64,000 nt of DNA from Rhodothermales bacterium. Lineage in GTDB: Bacteria > Bacteroidota > Rhodothermia > Rhodothermales > Bin80. Numbering within the stretch: the stretch's first letter is position 1; every line of letters begins with the position of its first letter. The notes under the pieces were generated by a model that did no database searches, was not told the origin of the DNA, and was given only the letters and a program-made list of their open reading frames with translations. Positions 9,690 to 18,455 of the stretch are shown here, piece by piece. The position numbers were made by a program, and so were the translations under genes. The stretch lies in contig OZ244794.1 in assembly GCA_965219915.1 (NCBI GenBank), positions 708,322 to 772,321 of the forward strand, given 5' to 3'.

Positions 9690-10274
9690 CTAATCTCCAA
9701 AACTGCATTTGTGCGGAGAGAGTTTTAAAAGAGAACTCAAACCAATCGTTTTTTGCCGAGGTACCTCTCGATCCAGAACTTTAGTAGCAATGACATAAAA
9801 GTCCCATTTGTTCATGTCAAGGCATTCAAGAGAGTTCTCACCCTCAAACACACAGAAAACATAGATGTCAGCCCAGCGCCTTTTTTCTTCATTGAACTTA
9901 TTGGTTTCTGCGTTCCAGCTCCCGCTAGGTGCTATCCCAAATTGGATCGTGGAAGGCTTATCCTGTTTCCATGACTGACTATATGCCGCAGACTTCACTT
10001 CTATTGACGTACCAGATAGCATGCGAATATCACACTCATCCCACGCCCTCTTTATTTCTTTGTGGAGTTCCAGTGCCGCCGCAACGAGAAACTCGGCAAG
10101 ATCTCCTCGAGTTGTATTATCAGAAAGCATGGAACCCGACCAGCGCCAATAGTCAATCAATTGGAGCTTCGGCATGACTTTCTGCCCGCGAAACGGCTCT
10201 TTACCAGTAAGCAGTTCAGCTTTGTGCTGGGATAGTCCATCATTCATGAGTTCTCTTTCGCTTGTATGTGCCAA
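9690..10274 (-). CDS. Hypothetical protein with PD-(D/E)xK-like nuclease motif
   Basis: 194-aa ORF. The candidate catalytic arrangement is ...WDECDIRM(x6)SIEVKS..., i.e. D...(E)xK spacing, preceded by the helix GDLAEFLVAAAL. I did not recognise a named family. Confidence 0.45.
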   Translation of the reverse strand: MAHTSERELMNDGLSQHKAELLTGKEPFRGQKVMPKLQLIDYWRWSGSMLSDNTTRGDLAEFLVAAALELHKEIKRAWDECDIRMLSGTSIEVKSAAYSQSWKQDKPSTIQFGIAPSGSWNAETNKFNEEKRRWADIYVFCVFEGENSLECLDMNKWDFYVIATKVLDREVPRQKTIGLSSLLKLSPHKCSFGD

Positions 10275-10315
10275 TAATTGCTTTTCTGATTGGGATCCAC
10301 TATCGCGAATATACG

Positions 10316-10431
10316 CAACGAATCAAGGCAAGAATAATCAAGTTTATCAAGTACGTCAGGGTTGTTAATTTTGCTACAAATGAACGTAGCTCATGCTGCA
10401 GCGCATTTTCAGGCACCATTCTTGGCTCAGT
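10316..10431. repeat. Degenerate ~110-bp direct repeat, copy 2 (upstream of the PD-(D/E)xK-like gene)
   Basis: See copy 1 for the shared blocks. The core occupies 10401..10431 here and 9524..9554 in copy 1. Confidence 0.75.
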
Positions 10432-10623
10432 GACCTTGGACATGCTTGAAGGATGACAATCCAAATAGACAACAGCTGATCACATTGGAGATCTTCATAT
10501 TCGAGTTTGCGCGAGATTGCGCACTGTAAATGGTGTATATTCTGTGCGCAACGGCAGCCCGTGATCTTGTGATAAGTAAGTCGTGAGAAGCTCAGACCGG
10601 AGCTAGATAAGTTTTGGGATACT

Positions 10624-11940
10624 ATGGCACTTGTTGCGATCGTTGGCCGTCCGAATGTGGGGAAGTCCACGCTGTTTAATCGATTGACGGAATCGCGTCA
10701 GGCAATTGTCCATGACGCGCCCGGCGTTACGCGGGATCGAGTCTATGGCGATGTTATCTGGAATGGAAAGGAGTTTGCACTTGTGGATACGGGAGGGTAC
10801 GTGCCGCGGAGTGCGGATCGGTTTGAGCGTGCGATACGCGAACAGGTTCAGATCGCGCTAACAGAAGCGGACATCGTTCTACTGATCACAGACGTCACGG
10901 CAGGCGTGACCGACCTGGATCAGGAAATGGCACGGATGCTCCGACGAAGCAATAAGCCAGTGTTCGTTGTTGCGAATAAAGCCGATAACGAAAAGCGCCA
11001 GTGGGAAGCAGCATCCATGTACAGTCTGGGACTAGGCGAAGTCTATCCCGTGAGTGCAACGAACGGGATGGGCACAGGTGATTTTCTGGATGCGGTTGTT
11101 GAAGCACTGCCCGAGGACGAACATGGTGAGGATGACCGCGGGGTGAGGATTGCGCTCATAGGAAGGCCGAATGTAGGAAAGTCCCAGCTCACGAACACGC
11201 TGCTGCAACAGGAACGCTCTATCGTGACGGAGATCAGCGGCACAACGAGGGACGCCATTGACGCGGAGCTGACCTACAAGGGAGAGGCTATCACATTGGT
11301 TGATACGGCTGGATTGAGGCGGCGGACCAAGGTTCGTGAGAATGTGGAATTCTACGCCACACTGCGTACAGAACGCGCGATTCGTAGTTGCGATGTTGCA
11401 GTACTGCTTTTGGATGCCACGGTGGGACTGGAAGCCCAGGATATAAATGTTCTCAAGGAAGCGGAAATACTAAAAAAAGGTCTGGTGATTGTTGTTAACA
11501 AATGGGACCTGGTTGAAAAGGAAACAAACACTGCCCGAGACACTGAACGTGCGATCCAGGAGCGTCTGAAAACGCTCGATTACGTTCCGGTCCTGTTTGT
11601 TTCTGCACTTACAGGCAAGCGTGCGCATCGGGTGCTGGATGTTTGCCTGGAGATAATGCGCAATGCGGCATATCGCGTGCCAACATCTGAACTCAATCAA
11701 ACGGTGCAGCAATCAATTGGGCGCTATCATCCTCCCACTTGGCGTGGGCGGTATGTTCAGATCAAGTATGTAACTCAAGTCGGGGTATCTCCGCCACTCT
11801 TTGCTTTTTTCTGCAATCATCCCCAAGGTGTTGGGACGGCTTATTCCCGTTATCTCGAAAACCAGCTTCGCAAAGCGTATGGCTTCTTGGGGGTTCCGAT
11901 TACCCTGGCTTTTCGGCGTAAATCTCCAGAAGACGAATAA
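10624..11940 (+). CDS. der: Ribosome-biogenesis GTPase Der (EngA)
   Basis: 438 aa with two tandem GTPase domains ([12 protein letters not shown] and [28 protein letters not shown]) and a KH-like C-terminus. Confidence 0.95.
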   Translation: MALVAIVGRPNVGKSTLFNRLTESRQAIVHDAPGVTRDRVYGDVIWNGKEFALVDTGGYVPRSADRFERAIREQVQIALTEADIVLLITDVTAGVTDLDQEMARMLRRSNKPVFVVANKADNEKRQWEAASMYSLGLGEVYPVSATNGMGTGDFLDAVVEALPEDEHGEDDRGVRIALIGRPNVGKSQLTNTLLQQERSIVTEISGTTRDAIDAELTYKGEAITLVDTAGLRRRTKVRENVEFYATLRTERAIRSCDVAVLLLDATVGLEAQDINVLKEAEILKKGLVIVVNKWDLVEKETNTARDTERAIQERLKTLDYVPVLFVSALTGKRAHRVLDVCLEIMRNAAYRVPTSELNQTVQQSIGRYHPPTWRGRYVQIKYVTQVGVSPPLFAFFCNHPQGVGTAYSRYLENQLRKAYGFLGVPITLAFRRKSPEDE

Positions 11941-11994
11941 TGGAACAATCACCGCCCGGTTTGATATTCAGGGGCTGAACGGTAGATAGCCCCC

Positions 11995-12705
11995 ATGCCT
12001 GGTGTACCGAAGAATACCAAATCCGAGAACGAACGAAATCTCAATTTCTGGGAGCGACTATATCTTCCAGAAATCTTCAAAGGTCTCAGGTACAGCTTCC
12101 GTAAGATGGTTAAGGAACCGTCCTACACGACGGAGTATCCAGATGAACTTTGGGAGCCTCCTGATTCTTACCGTGGGCGCCCCGTTCTTGTAGAGGAAGA
12201 AGGCAAGCCGCGCTGCGTATCCTGTAATCTTTGCGCCAAAGCATGCCCTCCAATGGCAATAGCAATGCAGTCACGCGAGGTGGATGATCCGAACAGCAGC
12301 AAAGAGCGTGAACCAGCCTGGTTCGAGATCAACATGCTCCGCTGCATCTATTGTGGATTCTGTGAGGAAGTTTGTCCAGAGGAAGCTATTGTGATGTCAA
12401 AAGAGTACGATCTCACTTTTCATGGACGGGATGAGGCAATCTTTGGGCTCGATCGGTTGTTGGTGCCCGCAGAGCGACTCACAGATCGGCTTGATTATCT
12501 GGAGGAAGCCCGCAATAAGCAGGAGAACGCGGATGCTTGGCAGCACCGCAAGGACAATAATCTGCACAGTTTAAGGGACCGCCAGTATGTGCGTGAGCTG
12601 GCCGAGACGGAAATGCCGGAGTTGAAGAACACGCATTTGCGCTCAGAAACCCCAATTGCTGCCGCCAACACATGGGAGGGCCGTCCTTCGTCCGACGATG
12701 CCTGA
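11995..12705 (+). CDS. nuoI: NADH-quinone oxidoreductase subunit I (2x[4Fe-4S]) with ~70-aa C-terminal extension
   Basis: Two ferredoxin Cys clusters, [12 protein letters not shown] and [12 protein letters not shown], in a NuoI-like context (YPDE...YRGR). The acidic/basic tail after about residue 165 is not part of canonical NuoI. Confidence 0.85.
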   Translation: MPGVPKNTKSENERNLNFWERLYLPEIFKGLRYSFRKMVKEPSYTTEYPDELWEPPDSYRGRPVLVEEEGKPRCVSCNLCAKACPPMAIAMQSREVDDPNSSKEREPAWFEINMLRCIYCGFCEEVCPEEAIVMSKEYDLTFHGRDEAIFGLDRLLVPAERLTDRLDYLEEARNKQENADAWQHRKDNNLHSLRDRQYVRELAETEMPELKNTHLRSETPIAAANTWEGRPSSDDA

Positions 12706-13153
12706 ACCAGATCCAGCGCGCTCTCGCAGTGCAGTGCTGGATCAACTGCGCTATCTGATAGACGAGATCGCTGCACTGCGACAAATTTCAGCACGCCTGC
12801 ATGAGTCGCAAATAACCAACACTGACCGCGGACCGTCAGTCAAACAGTGCTATGGGGCGATAATCACGCGAGATCGAAACAAAATTCTCCCCGCTCTGAA
12901 GAATATATCTGGACGTAAGATTCCCTCGGAGGCCCTGTCCGTGGATTGGAACAGCGTACCTATAAAGGATATTCTAGTGCAGGTTGAATCCGCCCGGAGA
13001 TCGGTCATTGAGGCTGCCGAAAATCTAAGTTCTGAAGCTTGGTCACAGCAGATTATGGAGGGGGAGGATGTCTTTCAATTCCTTTTAACCGCCTCGCAGC
13101 AGGATACGGACACGCTTCGTACTGTTGCAGAAAGGCTATATCGTACCTGGTGA
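12698..13153 (+). CDS. Hypothetical protein
   Basis: The ORF is in the track from 12656. I prefer the ATG at 12698, which overlaps the nuoI stop (ATGCCTGA) and is followed by the TGATG overlap into holA. No family was recognised. Confidence 0.4.
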   Translation: MPEPDPARSRSAVLDQLRYLIDEIAALRQISARLHESQITNTDRGPSVKQCYGAIITRDRNKILPALKNISGRKIPSEALSVDWNSVPIKDILVQVESARRSVIEAAENLSSEAWSQQIMEGEDVFQFLLTASQQDTDTLRTVAERLYRTW

Positions 13154-14226
13154 TGTCTGCAGCGGGCGGTAAGCGCAAAAGAAAATCTTCGCTCCAGATC
13201 TATAAGGATCTGAAAAAAGATTTTGAGGGAGGACGCTTTAAACCGGTCTATCTCTTCTATGGAGAGGAATCATACTTCGTAGATCAGCTGCAGCAGATTC
13301 TTATTGATCATACGATTCCCCTGGAAGATCGTGACTTCAACCTTGATGTAGTCTACGGACCGGATATAGCTGCTAAAGATGCACTGGGAATATGCCAAAT
13401 GGCCCCCATGCTGACTGAGCGACGTATTGTCGTCATACGGGCATTCGATAAGCTCAAGGGGAACCAGTTGTTTGCAACGCTGGCTAAATGGCCAAATCCA
13501 GCGGCAGTTGTGCTCCTGATTTGCGAAAACCGTCCCAGGTTAAATGCGAATCCATATAAAGCGCTGAAAGAAAACTCACAAGTCGCTCAGGTTGTCGAAT
13601 TCGCTCCGTTGTGGCGCAATCAGATGGGTTCGTTCTTACGTGAGTATGCACAGTCCCGAAGTTATAAGTTGGAAAGGAATGCTGAACAGCTGCTGATAGA
13701 GTTTCTAGGCACCGGATTGGCCCTACTCACCCAGGAGATCGAAAAGCTAATCACTTATGTGGGTTCGTCTGAAGAGAGAGTGATCACAGAACAGGATGTT
13801 TTTCAGGCCAGTGGACAGACTCGGGAGATCAACATATTTGAGCTACAGGATGCCATCACGGATCGCAGAAGGGTTGAGGCGCACAGGATTGCAGAGCAGT
13901 TATTGCTGGGTGCTTCTTCAAGGCAGGGTGAGTGTCTTCGAATTGTGTCCGTGCTAAGCCAACATTTCGTCAAGCTCTGGAAACTGCATGGCTGTCCCTC
14001 ATATGGCCTCAAGCCCGCAGAGATTACCAAGAGGACCGGCATTCCTTCCAACATGATTTATAAATACAGGCAGGCTGTACGCAAATGGTCACTACCAGAA
14101 ATCAAACGGGCCATGCAACTGTTTCTGAGTGCAGACAGCGAAATCAAAGGATTCTCGAAACGTAGCCCGCATGTAATCATGACACTTTTGATTGTGCAGC
14201 TTCTGTCTGAACCTTTGCGGTACTAA
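13153..14226 (+). CDS. holA: DNA polymerase III subunit delta
   Basis: The N-terminus is LQIYKDLKKDFEGGRFKPVYLFYGEESYFVDQL, with a later ...IFELQDAI... block typical of HolA. The start at ATG 13153 overlaps the upstream stop. The track start at 13039 would overlap the upstream ORF by 115 nt. Confidence 0.8.
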   Translation: MSAAGGKRKRKSSLQIYKDLKKDFEGGRFKPVYLFYGEESYFVDQLQQILIDHTIPLEDRDFNLDVVYGPDIAAKDALGICQMAPMLTERRIVVIRAFDKLKGNQLFATLAKWPNPAAVVLLICENRPRLNANPYKALKENSQVAQVVEFAPLWRNQMGSFLREYAQSRSYKLERNAEQLLIEFLGTGLALLTQEIEKLITYVGSSEERVITEQDVFQASGQTREINIFELQDAITDRRRVEAHRIAEQLLLGASSRQGECLRIVSVLSQHFVKLWKLHGCPSYGLKPAEITKRTGIPSNMIYKYRQAVRKWSLPEIKRAMQLFLSADSEIKGFSKRSPHVIMTLLIVQLLSEPLRY

Positions 14227-14414
14227 TTGCGTTGGCATTGTCCAAGGGTTCTGTGGGGATCTTTGCAAACGCTTTCATGTAATGATTATCCGAGGTGCTT
14301 CGGTCTGGCTCAAATCAGGGTACATTTGTGTTCTGCCTTCGCTGTGCCACGTCTCAAGAAGCCAATCTCACGCTGGAAACTGATCGTATGAATGACAAAT
14401 AGCTACTCTCGCTC

Positions 14415-14855
14415 ATGTTGAGGAAAGCCCACTGGATGGACGAACTCTTGTGCGAGTACGTGGACGGGACGATGGACCGTAGTGTTCGCACTGCGTTTGA
14501 GGAGTGTGTGAAAGGCGATAGAAGGCTTGCAAGCCAGGTCAGGTGCTTGCGTTGTATACGACGTTTACTGTGTGATCATCGTTTGCGAACTCCAATTGGT
14601 TTGCGTGAGTGTGTTCGTAGGCGCTTGTATCGTCATTTACCGTTTGCCAGTCCAGTCCGTCCACCACACACGAGTATTTTGGTCGGCACGGCCATTGCGA
14701 TTGTTTTGGCGGCGGGACTTGTAGCCGGTGCTTCGCAACAGGTACCCAATTCGGTAATGAGGATGCATGGTGGGGTGCAATCTGTTTTGGAAGCGGATCC
14801 TGGGTCAGTTAAAAAGGTTCACGGTCGGCCCCTATGGGAGTATCTGTCTGGTTAG
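14415..14855 (+). CDS. Putative single-pass membrane protein with degenerate anti-sigma (zf-HC2-like) N-terminus
   Basis: CEYVDGTMDRSVRTAFEECV..LASQVRCL resembles the anti-sigma N-terminal layout but lacks a clean HxxxCxxC. There is one TM helix (ILVGTAIAIVLAAGLVAGA). No adjacent ECF sigma gene is present. Confidence 0.35.
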   Translation: MLRKAHWMDELLCEYVDGTMDRSVRTAFEECVKGDRRLASQVRCLRCIRRLLCDHRLRTPIGLRECVRRRLYRHLPFASPVRPPHTSILVGTAIAIVLAAGLVAGASQQVPNSVMRMHGGVQSVLEADPGSVKKVHGRPLWEYLSG

Positions 14856-14932
14856 GGGCTCTTAGCTCAGTGGTTTAGAGCGCTCGCCTCACACGCGAGA
14901 GGTCACAGGTTCGAATCCCGTAGGGCCCACCA
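14856..14932 (+). tRNA. tRNA-Val (anticodon CAC), CCA encoded
   Basis: Hand-folded cloverleaf. Acceptor is gggctct/agggccc (one G-U pair). D arm is gctc-agtggttta-gagc. Anticodon arm is ctcgc-ctCACac-gcgag. T arm is acagg-ttcgaat-cccgt. The discriminator is A, followed by CCA. Confidence 0.9.
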
Positions 14933-14961
14933 ACTGCTTACACTAAATTACTCATCTCAAA

Positions 14962-17292
14962 ATGATGCGAACTCTTCCAGTTTTGGCCATTGTAGCCACA
15001 TTGACAGCGCCTTTTGCAGGAGCCTCTCCTTCTGAATCAATGGCTGGTTTTGGCGGAGCGATTGTTGCCGGAGATGGTCACCTTTTTGTAGCTGAGCCTC
15101 GGGGCTTCAAAAACCCGGGAATGGTTCATGTTTATGTGCGCGGTGCAGATCAAGAGTGGTTACTGAGTAGCTCACTGCGTGCTCCAAATGCCCACGTTAA
15201 TGATGGGTTTGGGAGCACGATTGCGTATGGAGGCGGAACATTGGTTGTGGCGAGCGCATCCGCCGTTTATGTTTTTGAGCAAGAGGATGGAACGGGCAAC
15301 TTCGTTCAATCAGGAAGACTCGCGTCAGGTCATCCCGCCTTTGGCAGTGCACTCACAGCAGATGGGGGATGGATTGCTGTAGGTACTGCACAGCGAAGTG
15401 CAGGCGATGTGTTCGTTTTTTATCGTAACCCGGATGGCGTTTGGGTTGAGGGTACAAAACTTGCCGATCCCGGCACAGAGGCGGAGTCAATGTATGGAAT
15501 GACGCTTTCGATGGATCAGGGGCGTTTACTCGTGGGCTCCCCCGGGGCCTGTAGCGCGTACTTGTACGAGCAGGGCGATGATGAGTGGGAGCTTGTCGAA
15601 ACTTTTTCGTGTGGAGAGTTAGGCACAGAGTCGGCGTTTGCTGCCTCTGTAGACTTAAAAGGAAACCGGGCAGCCATGGGGGCGCCTCGGCATAACGGCG
15701 GGGTGGGTGCAGTGGCTGTCTGGCGCCTGGGGGATGGCGAAAACGCGACGTGGAGTGAAGGGGAGGCACTTACTCCTGCCGATCAGTCAGGGCCCCAGTT
15801 TTTTGGTGCGCAGGTCCAGATCCGGAATCCTCAGTGGATTGTTATTGGTGCGCCGATGGCCTCGGATATGGATGGGGCAGTACACGTATATTCGGTGCAG
15901 GAAAGTGGATATGCTGAGTCTGACAACCACGCAGTAGTTCGCGGGCCCGGACCAAGATTTGGATCAGTTTTAGCAATTGATGAATCAGTTATTGCAGTGG
16001 GTGCCCCGGGTGCAGCCTATGGAGAAGGAAGTGCCTTGTTGGTGGAAAGAACGAATGAAACTTGGGAGGTAACTCAGGAGATTTTTAATCCGGGAGAACC
16101 TATGTCAGGTATTGCCGGGACGCAAGTGACCTGTGCGGGGGGAGAGGCGGATAGCTTTGACTGTGGTCTAGTGGATTTACTGGCATTCCTGCCCAACCAG
16201 GAAATGGAGATGAATCGAGGTGTGCGTCTGAGCGATGTGTGGGGTTGGACGGATCCCGAAACCGGCATCGAATATGGTTTGATCGGCCATTTGGAAGGAA
16301 CTGTTTTTATTGATTTAAGCGATCCATCCATGCCGAAATATCTGGGCACGCTGCCGCGCACAGAAGGCTCGCCTGGAAGTACCTGGCGGGATATCAAGGT
16401 GTATAAAGATCATGCGTTCATTGTGGCTGACGGTGCACGCGAGCACGGGATGCAAGTCTTTGACTTAACGCAATTGAGAGAGGTGACCTTTCCACCAGTG
16501 CAGTTTGCAGAAACTGCGCACTATGACAAGATTCACAGTGCTCACAATATTGTTATTAACGAAGACACAGGATTTGCCTTTGCGGTTGGTGCTTCCGGCG
16601 GAGCCGAGACTTGCGGCGGTGGCCTCCACATGATCGATATTCGTGAACCCCAAGCCCCCGTTTTTGCGGGTTGCTTTGCAGATGAAACGACCGGACGACG
16701 TAAGACCGGATACAGTCATGATGCGCAGTGCGTGATCTATAATGGACCGGATGCCGAATATGTTGGACGTGAAATCTGCATTGGTGCCAACGAAACTGCA
16801 ATCAGTATTGCGGATGTCACCGATAAAGACAATCCGGTTGCGGTTGGAACAGGTTCCTATCCCGATGCAGGATATGTACATCAGGGCTGGCTTTCGGAAG
16901 ATCACTCCTACTTCTATCAGAATGACGAACTGGATGAAATCGTCGGAAGGGTTGATAAAACACGCACGCTGGTTTGGGATGTGAGAGATCTGAGTGATCC
17001 GATAATGATACGTGAGTTCTATGGGCCCACATCGGCTACAGATCATAACCTTTATGTACACGGTGATCTGATGTATCAGACCAATAATGCGAGTGGTCTG
17101 CGACTCATAGATGTATCAACACCGGACAATCCGGTGGAGATCGGATACTTCGATACGACGCCGTATGGAACCGATGAAGCTGGATTCAATGGAACCTGGA
17201 GCAGCTATCCGTACTTCAAGAGCGGTATCATTGTGGTGACGAGTCGGCGGGAAGGCGTGTTTATTCTCAAGAAACAGACGGTAGATACCTGA
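14962..17292 (+). CDS. Secreted FG-GAP-like repeat + choice-of-anchor-B / LVIVD-repeat protein (paralog of 2564..4111, no T9SS CTD)
   Basis: Signal peptide [21 protein letters not shown]. The N-terminal ~390 aa carry repeated GFG..(A/V)..G..L(V/A)VG(A/S)P units. The C-terminal half aligns with the 2564..4111 product ([33 protein letters not shown]). Confidence 0.75.
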   Translation: MMRTLPVLAIVATLTAPFAGASPSESMAGFGGAIVAGDGHLFVAEPRGFKNPGMVHVYVRGADQEWLLSSSLRAPNAHVNDGFGSTIAYGGGTLVVASASAVYVFEQEDGTGNFVQSGRLASGHPAFGSALTADGGWIAVGTAQRSAGDVFVFYRNPDGVWVEGTKLADPGTEAESMYGMTLSMDQGRLLVGSPGACSAYLYEQGDDEWELVETFSCGELGTESAFAASVDLKGNRAAMGAPRHNGGVGAVAVWRLGDGENATWSEGEALTPADQSGPQFFGAQVQIRNPQWIVIGAPMASDMDGAVHVYSVQESGYAESDNHAVVRGPGPRFGSVLAIDESVIAVGAPGAAYGEGSALLVERTNETWEVTQEIFNPGEPMSGIAGTQVTCAGGEADSFDCGLVDLLAFLPNQEMEMNRGVRLSDVWGWTDPETGIEYGLIGHLEGTVFIDLSDPSMPKYLGTLPRTEGSPGSTWRDIKVYKDHAFIVADGAREHGMQVFDLTQLREVTFPPVQFAETAHYDKIHSAHNIVINEDTGFAFAVGASGGAETCGGGLHMIDIREPQAPVFAGCFADETTGRRKTGYSHDAQCVIYNGPDAEYVGREICIGANETAISIADVTDKDNPVAVGTGSYPDAGYVHQGWLSEDHSYFYQNDELDEIVGRVDKTRTLVWDVRDLSDPIMIREFYGPTSATDHNLYVHGDLMYQTNNASGLRLIDVSTPDNPVEIGYFDTTPYGTDEAGFNGTWSSYPYFKSGIIVVTSRREGVFILKKQTVDT

Positions 17293-17386
17293 TCAATGGA
17301 TCGTAGATGGTGTCAATTATATAACCGCCGGGCAGCATCATGACCCAGCACGTAATCTGAAACGCACTCACCGGAGCCGCTCACAT

Positions 17387-18226
17387 ATGTACGTTCCACG
17401 TCGCCAGCGAATGCTGGATCAGTATCTGAAAGAGATAGGTCAAATTGACCTCGTAACTCCAGCAGAGGAGGCGGAGTTAGCGCGGAAGATTAAACAGGGA
17501 GATGAAGATGCGCTTCTGAAGCTCACCCGTGCCAATCTTCGGTTTGTAGTTTCAGTTGCGAAAAAATTTCAAGGACAGGGGTTGCATCTGACCGACTTGA
17601 TCAACGAGGGCAATTATGGACTCATCAAAGCCGCTAAGCGGTTTGATGAGACGCGTGGATTCAAGTTCATCTCCTATGCCGTGTGGTGGATTCGCCAATC
17701 TATCCTGCAGGCGCTGGCTGAACAGGGACGGGTAGTGCGTTTGCCGCTAAATCAGATTGGCACGATAAGCAAGATTCGCAAGAGCAGCGCACGGCTGGCT
17801 CAGGAGCATGAGCGTGACCCAAATCTGGAAGAACTGGCAACTGACCTCCAGATTGATATTGAAAAGGTTCGCAGTGCAATGCAGCGCACTGCCAGGCACC
17901 TGTCTATGGATGCCCCCTTTAATGAGGACGACGAGAACAGCCTGCTGGATGTATTGCCCAGTAATGAGGTGGCCTCGCCTGACGAACCGCTTCGTGGGGA
18001 GTCCCTGAAGATTGATATTGAAGTTGCGCTTAGCAGCTTGAGTCCGCGTGAGGCAGAAATCACCCGTCTATACTTCGGGGTCGGTCGCGAGCATCCCCTC
18101 ACACTGGAAGAAATCGGCCTCCGATTTGATTTGACAAGAGAGCGAGTGCGCCAGATTAAAGAAAAAGCCCTCCGCAAACTTCGCCAGAAACACCGGCGCG
18201 AAGATTTGAAAATGCACGACATGTAA
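17387..18226 (+). CDS. rpoD: RNA polymerase sigma-70 family factor, RpoD-like (short Bacteroidota-type primary sigma)
   Basis: Carries region 2 ([36 protein letters not shown]), region 3, and region 4 ([29 protein letters not shown]). Confidence 0.9.
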   Translation: MYVPRRQRMLDQYLKEIGQIDLVTPAEEAELARKIKQGDEDALLKLTRANLRFVVSVAKKFQGQGLHLTDLINEGNYGLIKAAKRFDETRGFKFISYAVWWIRQSILQALAEQGRVVRLPLNQIGTISKIRKSSARLAQEHERDPNLEELATDLQIDIEKVRSAMQRTARHLSMDAPFNEDDENSLLDVLPSNEVASPDEPLRGESLKIDIEVALSSLSPREAEITRLYFGVGREHPLTLEEIGLRFDLTRERVRQIKEKALRKLRQKHRREDLKMHDM

Positions 18227-18455
18227 GGGAATTACAGTTCCCAATGAGATTCCCGACCCTTGCCTCGTGAAGCGCCGGAGTGGATACAGATTCCCGGTCG
18301 TCTATGAATGCGGATGTGACTGCTATGATTGGTAACCCCTGCGTGTGGCTTGTTCTGTGTGTAACAATGGCAGATACTACTTCGTAGATACGGATAGCCG
18401 ATTGCAGTGCTACCCCGAAAAAAATCGCAAAATTAACCTCTCCAAAACTTCTTCA

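Noticed and set aside
9446-10431. Interpretation of the two repeats as bona fide integron attC sites.
   Set aside because: There is no intI gene in the window, and only two copies exist. I could not identify convincing R''/L''-L'/R' pairing or the GTTRRRY core by eye. I kept this as a hypothesis to test rather than a call.
10517-10551. An 8-bp perfect inverted repeat, ttgcgcac(N19)gtgcgcaa, upstream of der.
   Set aside because: It is a single short palindrome with a long loop and no T-tract. That is too little evidence to call it an operator or a terminator.
10374-10670. 98-aa minus-strand ORF crossing the der start and repeat copy 2.
   Set aside because: It overlaps the conserved der N-terminus antisense, and its C-terminus is merely the repeat core read in frame.
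13039-13152. N-terminal extensions offered by the ORF track: holA from 13039, the hypothetical ORF from 12656, TolC from 18345, the adaptor from 19798, the S9 peptidase from 39579 and the glycosidase from 61253.
   Set aside because: The extensions overlap upstream genes or add implausible leaders. Internal ATGs give canonical N-termini (signal peptides, lipoboxes, coupled stop/start overlaps).
16465-17061. 198-aa minus-strand ORF inside 14962..17292.
   Set aside because: It is antisense to a strongly supported gene that has a paralog elsewhere in the window, and its sequence is low-complexity and Ile/Arg/Cys-rich.
17800-18222. 140-aa minus-strand ORF inside rpoD.
   Set aside because: It is antisense to highly conserved sigma regions 3 and 4, with Ser/Arg-rich junk composition.
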